64,000 bases of DNA, from NCBI GenBank assembly GCA_965644295.1, contig CBFFRP010000188.1:1-64000 (forward strand), written 5' to 3'. The number at the start of each line of letters is the position of its first letter. The first letter of the stretch is position 1. Both the position numbers and the translations under genes were made by a program. This stretch comes from Paraphysomonas bandaiensis. Lineage: Eukaryota; Protista; Chrysophyceae. Below, in pieces: positions 10,622 through 23,399 of the stretch. The notes under the pieces were generated by a model that was not told the DNA's origin, made no database searches, and saw only the letters and a list, made by a program, of their open reading frames with translations.

Positions 10622-13600
10622 ATGTTACCAGCTAGTGGTAAGGGATGGATAGGGTTACCTGTATGGGTATTTATAGATACAGATGGTATATGGGAGCCTG
10701 GAACTGTTAAAGCAGCATCTCCCTCTAGTAATGACCCGTCTAGCTGGCATATCACTGTAGTCACTCAAGAAAAGAATACTATCAATGTCACATGTAAACA
10801 ATTAAGTAATTATGAGTTCGATAAAGTTCAGCGGCGAGTTATTAATAACAATACCACTTGTAGTGATTTGGCTGCAATGGATACTCAAAATGAACCGGAA
10901 ATGTTAAACTGTCTCTCTACAAGATATGCAAATGGAGATATATACACGAGCACTGGCCCTATTCTTATTGTTCTGAATCCTTTCCAGAAGGTTGCTTTGT
11001 ACACTGATGAAATCATTAAACTGTACATTGAACACGGGGAACAGCACCGCATGAATATCTTACCGCCGCACGTTTATAAAATTGGAGACAGTGCGTACCG
11101 TAAAATGTTTATTGACCCTTATGACCCCGACAAGCGGCAGGACCAAACAGTAGTCATTACGGGCGATTCTGGTGCGGGCAAGACGGAGTGCACGAAACAA
11201 TTGTTGCACTACTTGACTGCTATCTCCACCAGGGTATCCATGAGCCTTGGAATGGAAAGTGTACAAGGGACTGAGATAGAGGACCTGATTATTGCCTCAA
11301 ACCCTATTTCCGAGTCATTTGGGAATGCACGTACACAGCACAACGCGAATTCCTCGCGTTTCGGGCGTTATATTGAGCTGCTGTACTCAGCAGACGGGTA
11401 TCTAGAGGGAGCTCTTCTACGAACTTACCTCCTGGAGGCCAGTCGGGTTACTCACCAAATTCAGGGGGACAGTAATTTTCATGTGTTCTATGAGCTCGCA
11501 GCTGGTCTATCCACCCGCGATAGGACTCAACTCGGATTTACTGCTGTTGACGATTTCCATTACCTCAACACCTCCCGCGTTTCTGATCAGAGTTCTTTAC
11601 ACCTGAAAAACTACACTAATCTCAGAGCAGCAATGACCACGCTCAATATATCTCTAGACACCCAAGAGGAAGTGATTAAAGTTCTTATTAGTATTCTTCA
11701 TTTAGGCAACTTATCTTTCGAAGATAACGAGACGACAGATGGTTCAGTTTCCTGTCATATCGCATCTGATGCGGAAGGTCACGCTGAGCTTGCTTGTCGT
11801 ATGCTTGGGTTTACAGAAGATTCTCTCAAAGATGCTATATTACGCACAGAACTTACTGTCCGTGGAACAACGATAATCAAGCAATACGACAGCAAGAATG
11901 CGGTATGTATGCGAGACCGATTAGCACGCACGCTCTATGTTTCACTCTTCAAGTGGATGATGGTCGAGATCAATGCTGCTCTGTCGCAACAGACGTCAGG
12001 ATATGTTGCTTCCAAAATAGGTGTTCTAGACATATTTGGATTTGAGAGCTATCAGAAGAATTCCTTTGAACAGCTCTGTATTAACTATGCTAATGAAAAA
12101 CTACAGGAACTATTCAACTACACTGTATTTGATAGAGAAAGAGAGGTGTACGAGGCAGAAGGTCTCATGTGGCAATCTGTATCCTATCCGGATAATAGAG
12201 AGCGCATTGATCTATTTGAAAATAAGTCTGTAGGCTTATTTACGATTCTTAATGATGCAATGAAGATCCCAGACTCCAACGATGTAAAATTTGCACATGC
12301 AATTTATGCGAGGAGTGCAGGCCATCCACATTGCTATGCTACGAACGCGATGAAAGCCCGTAACGAGTTTACTGTGCGACACTTTGCCTTCGACGTGACG
12401 TATACCGTTGAAAACATTTTAGAGAAGAATAGGGGCATGAGAGAAATCAATTTTTCTGCAATGTTTGGCACAATGTCTGGTGCGAGCCGAAAATTCAGCA
12501 CGGACAACTTGTCTATTTCCCGACAGCTGTCAGGAGAACTAGATTCGCCGAGTAAAGAAAACGAATCTATAGTCAAAAGAGGTAAATCTACGGCTGGCAT
12601 TCAAATAAAGAAGGACATGTCTATCGAATTACGACGGGCCGCTTCATCTGTTTCGGGGCGGAGGAGCGTAAAAACGTCAGTTGGGAAAAAATCGAAAACC
12701 ATATGCTCAGCTTATGTTGCAGAGATCACGTGCTTAATTAGTAGCATCAACTCCACACGATGCCATTTCATTCGATGCATAAAACCGAATAACGAGGGAA
12801 TTCCTGGGACTTTTGATGCGAAATCTGTTATTCGGCAAGTGCGTACTGGGGGAGTGATTAGTGCAGTGGAAGCGGTTAGATTAGGTATGCCTAACCGCCT
12901 ACCGTACGCCGCCTTCGTGAGCAAGTACCGATCCATTTCTCACACTGTAGGGAAATGTCCCTTGACGAGAAATTTGTTTATCTTATTGGGTCTTCTTCAC
13001 GAAAACTCGGACTTAGGTGTTCTGAAGCGTACAGCGACGGCTCTAGTGGAGGCTGTCCCTATGGCGGGGATGATTCTGAGTTCATTATTTCATGACAACT
13101 CGCTTCTGTGTCCTGCTAACCCGTTCGCACAAATTCAAATAGGTAATTCTGTTGTTCTGATTTCATCTGAGTTTTTTGAGTATATGGAGAGAATTCGCCG
13201 TGCCGGCATTACTCTGATTGCTATTCGACTACAACGTGTATGGAAAGCAAATCGGGCCGTAGACACTGGGAGTTATGTTAACACTGCGGCTCTCACGTCC
13301 CTGTTGTACTTTAGTCACAGTGTGAATCTAAAAGTGAGACGTAATACGTTGGCTGCAATTATGATACAGAGACGTGTACGGACATATCTTGCCCGTATGA
13401 GGTGGATGTTGATGCTAATTCGGTTACGGGCCTTGCAAGCTCATATTCGTGGTTATATAGCGCGATCAGTCTACCAAAAGAAAAAACGCTACAATGCTGC
13501 GGTGAAACTTCAGAGCGCCTATCGTATGTACAGAGATAAGCGAACATTTAAACGTTATGTTTTGTTGGCAATCATTTGTCAGCGTATTGTACGTGGTTGG

Positions 13601-16600
13601 ATTGCCCGGAATGCTGAATACTGGAATGTGAGTGTATTTATCGTATTTTTTTGTCGAAGTTGATTGTGAATGTGCAGCGACGAATGACGATGAGACGCTC
13701 CCCACAGATCGCACTTCAAGAAAAGGTTATAGCTTTGGAAAAAGAAGTTGATTCAATTAAGAGTCACACCAGCGTAAAGCCAAGAAGGGCAAGGTGTAAA
13801 TATGTTATTACAGCAGCCGATTTTGTACCCCTTGTAGAAGGTAGTGGCATCATATTCCCACTCTTATGCAATGTGATACATTTTTTCAGGGGAAGAGTTC
13901 ATCAAGATCTGCAGCAACGGAAAGAGTCGTATGACTCGCGTGTGGTTGAGTGCAGATCGGCGGTATCTTCACTGGGAGCGGAAAACTTTTTCCATGAAGA
14001 AGGCAGAGAAACGCATACGTATGTAATTTACATTACTGCGAACTGTTTAAAGATATATGTTTCAGTTGACCTAGCCACTGTAACACATGTCCAACGAGGC
14101 CAAGGAAGCACTCTGTTCAGGAAATGCGAGTTTATTCAAAACATTGAAGATGTTGTTCCTCGATCGTTCTCGCTCCATTGTCGGGATGGTAGGACTCTCG
14201 ATCTTGTGGCCCCGACAGTGGAGCTATTAGAGAGTTGGGTCACAGCACTACAGTTTCTCGTGGTGGATATATATATTATAAGGTACGTGTTAGTGTTTAC
14301 TACTACATGCCTAAAATGGTTTACTAGGCGAGACTTGTACAATATCTGGGCTCTACTGGTCACAGGTGAAGGAGTTGATGAAGTAATTTGCTGTCTGGAC
14401 GTCCTGCAGCGAACCGTTGATACTACTGTGAAGACCGCACTCGTTCCATTTCATGCTTTTGTGACTTTCTGGTGATAGTTTATTGCGATGTACTGCTCAG
14501 TTTCTTACCTGTTCACAGGATATCTCTCCAATGTAATCGAGTACACGCTGAAGAAGTTGTAGAACATATTATTGCTTGCTTACCTGGTATTGAGAATGCC
14601 AAGTACATGACGTTTCAAGCATTTTTTTGTCTGGTAACTTCCGAAAGAAACGATGGGTACGACCTTCACCGTCAGAATACTGTCTACCAAGACATGACGT
14701 TACCATTATCACTGTATTTTATATCGTGTTCCGACGGCAGTACCATGGGCGCCACATCACTGAAGCAAGTGGACCCCCTTGATCGCTATGTCCGTGACCT
14801 TCGAAATGGAGTCCGTGGGTTGGAGGTCCATTGCTGGGATGGGACTGGAGAGAACAAAGGAATTCCTGTTGTAGCTAATCCGAGTGCCGACCCGCAATGT
14901 TCTATTAGCAGTGAGGCGTTTCCCGAAGTATCGTTTTATGATTTTGTTGCTGCTGTAAAGACGCATGCATTTGTATCGAATCCCTATCCTCTATTCTTGA
15001 TTATTGAGATACACTGTAGTAAAGATATACAATGGAGAATGGCATCGATATTGCGAGATCTCATGACACCTGTTTTACTACATTCGTCTGATTTAATAAT
15101 AGAGAGCCAAGGGTCGGAGCCACGATTACGTTCACCTTCAGAGCTAAAGGGCAAAGTGATATTAGTATTGAGTAATCACAAGAAAAAGTTTTCTGTGGAA
15201 ATACCAGATAAGTCCGCACAGTGTCAAAAACAGGATGTTGGGGTATCAGAGGAAAAGTCTGGGTACGACGATCCGGCATCAAATGAGGATACTACAAGCA
15301 CAACAGGAGTCGATGATGTTGACCTTTTGCTTACTGGTGCTAAGAAAAGTAAATCTGACTCGAAGGTAATTATCGATGAGTGCTTTTATGCCACGTGTGA
15401 ATATTTAATTGGATATGCTCTGTGACAGACGGATCGTAAAGTCGAGGCCTTTTGGAATATGGATGCGAAGTCAAAGTCGACAGGCTCTGTAGATCAGGAC
15501 ACACCGAAAAGTGCTTTCTCCGACCAAGGGGAAAATGATGAAGAAATGGCTGCTCTGGCATGCTTCATTCCTTCACCTGATATATTCCATGATCTTCTTT
15601 CTTTGGCTACATTATTGTCAAGAGGTGTCAATGACTTGGATGCCATGGTGAATTTACCATCAGGAAGGGTGAAAAACAACACTCTTGCGAGTTGCGGTGA
15701 GGTGGACATGCTCTTTCATCTCTCGAGGAATAAGGCGATTCCTTGGATATATCACAATTCAGTGTGCTTAAGGTACGGTAACTTCGTAAATTTATGATTT
15801 GCTGACATTTATATACTTTCAGTCGAGTATACCCCGATGAGCGACTTGAGGAAGCAACTATGTTGGATCCGGCCCGTGCATGGGCTAGTGGTCAGCAATT
15901 AGTGTCCGTGGACATGCACAGCTGCTCCAACGAGGAGGCCATTCATACGGCACATGTTGTGCGTGGAAAGTTCATGGACAACGGAGGGTGTGGATATGTC
16001 TTGAAGCCACGTTACATGCATAGTCGGGGGCTAAAGCCTTTTCCCAAAGCACATTTATCTGTGCATGTGTTAAGTGCACAAAACCTCCCACCTTATCGCA
16101 AAAGTACAGTTGGAGTGATACAATCTCAAGATTCAAATGTACGTATTATATTTATATTGGTTTTCATCATCGCTTACAATATCCGTATTTGGATTTTAGG
16201 AATTAATGGAAAAGTTCCTAGATCCTTACGTCGTGATGGAGATATGGGGACTTGCACAAGACAAGTACACGTATAGCACAATAACCAGTGGAGGTAGTGG
16301 TCGCACAGATAACCCTATTTGGGATGAGGTGTGTTGCTTCAATCATTATTTGTTTGATGTCCGTAACAAATTGGTACTGTATAGGTGTTTGGACATAATT
16401 TGGATTGCCCAGATTTAGCTCATCTAACCTTTCGCGTCTTTGTTGGTGACTGTGTGCTTGGTATTGCATCTGTTCCCCTTACTTGTCTTAAACAAGGGCT
16501 GCATTGCCTGAATCTGTTTGATGAAAACGGGTATCGAATCCCTCACTCTACTCTGACAATTCGAAGCATGTTGTGCGAGCTAGACAATGCTTACAAATCA

Positions 16601-16690
16601 CTTTATTTTCCTTCACCTGATTCATCGGTGCTATCAGAGGAAGATTGTATTGACGACCTGGAACTTGAGCAAAAGCTTAGATCTAAATGA
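10622..16690 (+). CDS. Myosin (motor + 5 IQ) fused to a PLC-delta-like PH/EF/X/Y/C2 module; 10 exons, ~1866 aa
   Basis: Motor: GDSGAGKT, NANSSRFG, DIFGFE, FEQLCINYANEKLQ, HFIRCIKPN. PH: RSFSL...TLDLVAP...WV. X: VYQDMTLPLSLYFIS, CWDG, AFVSNPYPL, SPSELKGK. Y: LSRVYP, GKFMDNGGCGYVLKP. C2: VLSAQNLP, DPYV, NPIWDE. Introns at 13628-13677, 13841-13889, 14019-14065, 14283-14327, 14472-14518, 15366-15428, 15773-15822, 16139-16199 and 16329-16384 all preserve frame. Confidence 0.88.
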
Positions 16691-19341
16691 ATACTCTCGT
16701 ATAAAACTCCGAAGACAGTATTCGCTGCTCTCGGAATTGGACGTTCTACTCGGAAATAGATATCGGGTAAATATGAAGAAGTATTTCTAAGCGACGATGG
16801 GATGGTTGTTTACTAAAGGATCACATTACAGTAATAAATAAATTTGATGGGCTAATAGCAGAGGTATAATGGATCTGGAATATAGTTAGTCACTAGGGTT
16901 AGATAAATATTGACTGAAAGTTGTAATTTTTCTTAGGACAGAGCCAATGAAAGAATAGCAGTTTACGTCTATGAATTCGATGACTTAGAACACAGTGACT
17001 TGATGTACGCCATCAAACGACGCCATTTATTAGTACAGTATACTATCCTTCAGGCTATCTATCTCAAAAGGAGCGGAATCATTATTTTTATCTAAATTAT
17101 ATGTGTGCTTGTCACATAATACAACCAGCCAACTCCTACGTGCGTACTTGAATCTTGTTCAAGCCTATCGCTAGTAGCTATCCTGTGTTCTATGTAGCGA
17201 TGAAATACAGAATATACATGACTACAATATAAAAGTAGCTGTAAAAAGTATACAAAGAAACTGAAAATATAGTAGCTATTATTAAAGATACGATTTGTAC
17301 AACAGAATGTTCGTGTTGGTGATTGATGTGTTTCCTCAATCATAGTGCTACAACATCATAATTTCACTTTATCTCTCTTAACGTAGTTCAGTCGGTTCTG
17401 TGCTACTACAAGTATTATTTAATAGTTTGTTGAGTTTTGTTTATAAAAAGCTGCAGTTAATTAAAGGTTGCGGATAATAGCAGTTAATTGAAGAATATGG
17501 TATTTAGAGACAGTATTATATGAACTCAGAACTCAATGATGTGATGAGCTAAACTGGAATATATGACTATATAAGACTGCTTCTAACTAAGACTGTTGAC
17601 TTTTGATTATGTGCAAGCAATTGAAAGCTGTATTCTAAGACTTATAAAATTTTAGCCGATAATAAAATGATACAATACTGGTGGAAACAGTACCATATGA
17701 AATTCATCCCCATTTTTTTGACCTGAATTGCGTTCAACACAACGCTCATATATATGAACACCAAAAAATATTGACATTCAACTTCAGTATTCGGTTTTGA
17801 AAATAAATTACCTTTTATTGCTTATGGTATTGTTGACAGTAATGTATACTGACTTTATCGTTATGCTACACTGTTGACCGCGATAACGTCGATTCAAGTG
17901 ATCTCATTTCTAATCCAGGAATTCGCAACAACAATATGTCCAGCATTTTACTGGAGAGTTCAAATTCCAAAGCCGATGCTGAATGTGCTTAGAAGCAGTG
18001 ATACTCCTTCCTTTCAGGGTTTGGGTCATGTCGTGTTTCTCAGGATTGCATCGACAAGTTCATTTTTTTGATGTGCCTCATATAAGATTCCCTAAATACC
18101 CTTCTGCGAAATAGGGATACAATTTTTGTAGCTATTGTTTTGATATAGTTTAACACATTTGCCACTCACTATTATGCAGATACAATTGATTTGAAACAAT
18201 AATTGCTTTTTTTATTTGTATACTTAATATTAATCAGAGAATAGCTATTTCCTTCAAGGAAATTATCAGCAAGCTACAGACATATTATACGCATTAAATA
18301 GTAGGTATTCAACATCATGAGGATGACCCATAATTTAACCTGGAGAAGGAGTATTTTCAGCGGAATGATAAGATTCCTTATTACACATGGTGAATATAGC
18401 TACAATAATATGCTATGAGATAGACAAACTGTATCAACTTTTGACATATTTGGATGAATTCACCTAAATAACTGAATGTTGAAATCACTTAATAATCTCA
18501 TAGTTACTCTCAACATCTCCTATTATTTGATAGATATTCGCTACATTTATATTCTCATTCGCTGTGCTACCAATCAATATTTAAGATATTTAAGTTTTTC
18601 TGACATAATTCATATTATATCATTGTTTCATGTTTTACAGTAGTCAACTACTGTATTCTTAAACTAACTGTCATAACTCGAATACCCTAAAATACAGCTT
18701 TGGTAATTGCTTACACTTAAAATCAGAACTCAATACCTGATATGTTATATTGACTGAAAAAGCTCGTGCCTATATATTATCTAAGATCTGATAATATTGA
18801 TTGGTAGTAGAAAAAATATAAAAGTAGCGAATGACAATAAATGAGATATTGATCACAATTTTTAATTATTATGATTATTGAGTGAGTTTTCTGTTCAGTT
18901 AAGTATCTTTCTGTTACATTAACAAATTATAGGTGTCATTCATCTCTTGAAACTTAAGTGCAAAGAATATATTCAGAAAACGGGACAACATGTAGAGCCA
19001 CAGGAGCTTCAAATGTAGCTTTCCAGCTGGATAGACGACAGACTATATATCGCACATTACACTATAGCTGTACAACAACCTACCCTGTTGAGAGGAATAC
19101 ATGAACATGAATAATCCACTACAAGGCCATAACAGTCACACAGACCACTCTAGCTGTACTGGCAGTTCAAAAGTAGAGCAAAATAAAATGAGTATAATAT
19201 TACAGATATATCTTATTATGCAGACTCGTATAATACATATCTCTACCAATAACAGTGCAACATACATATACATAATACAGACACCGAACTCATGCTGTTC
19301 GACCTCTTGACGCAACATTTTACACAACACACCGAGAAAAA

Positions 19342-20127
19342 TTATCTTGAAAGCATAGTTCCTCGGTTTTTCACAAGATATCCATTGTAATTAGAAAAGT
19401 TTCCGTAATCAGGGACGTGCATATAGCCCCTACTATGCCTCTTGTCGGTAGCATGCAGTTTCGTTTCAGCAGCAAATAGTCTGCGCATTTTTTCGTCACG
19501 GTCATTTCTTGAGGTGTTCAGTGAATTAATGTGAGGGTCGAACTGGAGTTCTCGTACAGACTTCTGACGATCGTTGGACAAGCATTGACGCATATTATAC
19601 GATGATGTCCCCTTCGTGAGCACCCTCTCCTTGTGCTGTAATTCATCCATAAGCTTGTTATAATGAGGAGACTTCACTATACTATCCCGAATTGTACGAG
19701 GCGATTTGTTTGTATATTCGTAGCGAAACTCGTGCATTCTACCAGCATGTTTTTCAATGAATTTTTGTGTCATGTTAACTTTCTCTTCTATAGATGGCTT
19801 CCGATTATTCGAACTGCGCATGTTGCTATCAATCCATGCTTGTGGACAACTAGGAACCCTCTTTCGTGGCGTTGGGTTGTCTGGTGGCAGTGTCGGATAT
19901 CGTGAGGGAGGAAGAATGGGAGTAACTTTACGAGGAGTTAGTGGCTCTTGATTAGTACAGTATAATCTATTAACAACAAGCGGTTCATTGAGATCTCTTA
20001 TAGTCTGTTGTGTACGTGGCGATGGACGAATCACACCTGCTGATGAAACTCTCGCGATATTACTTCTTCCAGTAGAGGAACCAGGCCTCCTTTCACGAGA
20101 TGACCAGGGCCTCTCTCTGTATGACAT
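19342..20127 (-). CDS. Hypothetical basic, R/S/P-rich protein (261 aa)
   Basis: Uninterrupted ATG-initiated ORF with coding-like composition; no family recognised. Confidence 0.7.
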   Translation of the reverse strand: MSYRERPWSSRERRPGSSTGRSNIARVSSAGVIRPSPRTQQTIRDLNEPLVVNRLYCTNQEPLTPRKVTPILPPSRYPTLPPDNPTPRKRVPSCPQAWIDSNMRSSNNRKPSIEEKVNMTQKFIEKHAGRMHEFRYEYTNKSPRTIRDSIVKSPHYNKLMDELQHKERVLTKGTSSYNMRQCLSNDRQKSVRELQFDPHINSLNTSRNDRDEKMRRLFAAETKLHATDKRHSRGYMHVPDYGNFSNYNGYLVKNRGTMLSR

Positions 20128-20851
20128 TTCTCTATATATCTACAAACTTGTTGAATATGTACAGACAAATGTCATGTATCTCTTCAGTAAGGTTATGATA
20201 AGGGATTGATATATGGAGGTTGTGGATTTATGATGGTGTTATATGCGTGGATCTATATATATATATGTACAATGCATATATACATACATACATATACCAT
20301 ATATATACCATATATATGCATGCATACATATATACATACTGCTAATACTGCTGCTATACAGAGATTTTATATATCCAAATATACAGTACAGTCAAATGGA
20401 TGTAAAATACTGAGATTTTTAGCAGTTTCAACTTTGAAACACTATAAAATCCTGATTTATTAGGTGTTTTTGTAATTTGGTAGGAAAACAGGTATTTTAA
20501 TACTAGCGAATCAATGAACAGTAATTAATATTGAAGCATTATAATTGGCTACTGCTACTTCTATTGCTGTAAACCGTTATTCGAAATGATAAACATAAAC
20601 AATACAGCCGTATTGTCACTGTATTTCTGTATACCATATATAGTATACTGCTGTGTGAAGGAGGTGTCTCTCTCTATGTAAATACATATACACATATACA
20701 CGTACACTCTGGGTATGTATATAGACACACACACACACTCTCTCTGTATATATATGTGTATGATCAATCTATATGCCTCATGTAAGAGAGAACCACCACC
20801 ACAACAACAAACCTAGTTATGACTATCATTAAAACTCATTAAATAACAAGC

Positions 20852-21983
20852 ATGAAATCCACAGATATGACAGAGGAGGTAGTGAAGCTTCCTCTGAGTG
20901 ACCCCAATCAAAAGAGTCCTCCAAAATCATTATTCGGACCTGGATTTAGAAAATGGCTTCATATGAAAAGGGCTCTTCGTTTGGTGCAGGAGGAGGTGCA
21001 TACGGAGAAGATGTATGTACCAAAAATACGCTATAAGGTGAGGTCATACACCATTTGAAGCCTCCTTATAAAATTGTTCCGTAGCAACGACAGTATTGGC
21101 TGGATACTATCTATCCTGAGAGTACGAGTTGTGATAAATCAGATGACAATGATGAGAATGACTTAAATGCAGTGCTACTGCACCGGGATCATCATCCTTT
21201 ACTGGAGCGGCTACAAAATGGTCTCGATCCGAACACTCGTATGGGTCGTAATGAGCGGTCGTTATTGCAAATTGCAAGCAACAAGGGCGACCCTGAGAAA
21301 GTGGATATACTTCTCGAGTATGGTGCTAGTGTTAACGATACTGATCGTAACGGCGATAGCGCTATGTACCTAGCTGTTAACAAACCTCTGTTTTTTCACA
21401 AGATTAAAATTCTTTGGAGCCTGCACAAGGGCGGTGCTGACGTCAATCATCCTAACCACCAAGGATGGACAGCTCTTCACCGAGCATGTTTGCTTGGAGA
21501 GCCAGCTATTATTAGGGCTCTCTTAGAAATGGGTGCTGACCCGTACGTACTCAACACGAAGAACATGATTCCTATTCAATACTGCAAGGTATGGGCGATG
21601 ATGATGTTGGAATTCACGCTTACTAGCCGCAGGTGAATGCGGAAGAAATAGTCAACCATTTCAAGCAATCTGTGACTAAACAGAATCGACATAGACACCA
21701 CCTTATGTGGGCCCACCTGATGAGTAGAGACTTCGTATCAGCGTTGTTTATGTAAGTATTTTCCATAATTAGGGTAGTTGATAATGATTGTATATGTGGC
21801 TTCTCTTAACAGGGCTGTAGAACCTGCGTGTGTTATTTGCAAGAGAAAAGTGAGAAAGTGTGGAAGCCTTAAAAAGGAGAATTACAGGTTGCATATTATT
21901 AAGACTACATGTACTTCGTATTCTAATACCATGTACGTACTTTCAGGTATTGGCTATTTGTCCACAATAAAAAGCCACGATGA
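20852..21983 (+). CDS. Ankyrin-repeat protein, ~5 exons
   Basis: LLEYGASVNDTDRNGDSAMYLA, GADVNHPNHQGWTALHRAC and LLEMGADP; GT-AG introns link the ORF pieces; stop TGA at 21981-21983. Confidence 0.85.
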
Positions 21984-23029
21984 TGATCATCGTTGTCAAC
22001 ATTGTATTGCATTTTTGTATATGTAAATCATATATTTTAAGCTGTAGTATACATGATAGACTGTATTTGTGTTGTTAATTTAGTTGCATTCACAGCCTTG
22101 CCAATATTGTGCATATTCCTTAAAGAGTAATCAACACTCCCTCATCTTATTTCCACGTGCTGACTGTGCCAGGGATAATATGCAGTGCACTTTTTGTGAT
22201 AAGTGTTTATTTGTAAGTGTACTTCAATGTTATATTTTGCCTACATGGATACACTCGTAGTTCGAACACGACTTCCAAATTTTCGGAAGAGTAATTCCGT
22301 TGAATATGCTGGAGAAGTGAATTGCTCCATACTCCACAACAAAGTTGTGACAATAAGTTAGATATATTTTGGAAGTAGAAGTGTAGTTTTCGACATTTTG
22401 GAAATATCCTTTACCTGAAAAGTTTTTTATAGTGCATTTTAATACAATAAGTTGCGTACTCCAACGATATGTTACGTATGCAGTATATTTCTCACTCTTT
22501 GAAACATGACAATTTCCTTCTCCTTCTTGTCAATGTCAAAGAATGGATTTTCATATACAGTATGCAATATATATATATTCATTAATATCTTAAAGTATCT
22601 TCCAAAGCACATTTCTAACGTGGTGCTAAATCCTGCAGATGTTTGTTGAGTTTTGCTGTTTGTGAGCAATTAAAAGCTGTAGCTTTCAAGATATTTGAAT
22701 TATATCCGTTACTCAAAGAATACAGTAGTAGCAAACTGTATTATGAGAACCAATAATATGATAGCCATTGTAGTGATGAAACTGAAATATACTGACTGTA
22801 CAAGATAGTGACGATGTAAGATCGTACTAGAAATGGTTGGTGTAGTAGAGATAAAAAGAGTTGGTGAACGTCAATGAATGAAGTTTGGTATCTCTTATAA
22901 TTATATAATATTCTATATAAGTGTTTATCACGGTCTTATTACTAAGAGAATGTCAATTTCTAACAATGTTGCTTTGCCATTTCAATACAATAGAGACAGA
23001 GACTACAGTAGTCACTGTTTCGACCGAGA

Positions 23030-23291
23030 TAAATAAATGTTCAATTGTCCATTACATAGAATCCGAGCACTTGAAACAAAGTGTCAAGCACAGAGAGTTT
23101 CCCTCACTGAGTTGAAAGCGATTTCAGAAGTGGAGGTCGAAAGTACGTGCCGAGCACCCTTAAATAAATGTTCAATTGTCCATTACATAGAATCCGAGCA
23201 CTTGGAACAAAGTGTCAAGCACAGAGAGTTTCCCTCACTGAGTTGAAAGCGATTTCAGAAGTGGAGGTCGAAAGTACGTGCTGAGCACCCT
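23030..23291. repeat. Direct tandem duplication, 2 x 131 bp
   Basis: TAAATAAATGTTCAATTGTCCATTACATAG...GAGCACCCT at 23030 and 23161, about 2 mismatches. Confidence 0.95.
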
Positions 23292-23399
23292 ATGTTCAGT
23301 AGCTCGTCCACGAGACCCTCTTGCTTGTGGACGACATGTCGAAAGTACAGTTTCGTGCTTGTGTTAATGATGGAAATCATAACGTACCAGACAATTTTT

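Noticed and set aside
13651-16690. A stand-alone PLC gene downstream of a separate myosin
   Set aside because: There is no intergenic space or promoter-like tract. A strong in-frame intron links the two, and the unspliced myosin would end in intron-like sequence immediately after the last IQ.
17440-18730. Weak inverted similarity (GCAATTGAAAGCTGTATT near 17617 vs AATACAGCTTTGGTAATTGC near 18691; similar motif near 22666)
   Set aside because: Too degenerate and AT-rich to define ends, a TSD or an ORF; possibly an old TE but unsupported.
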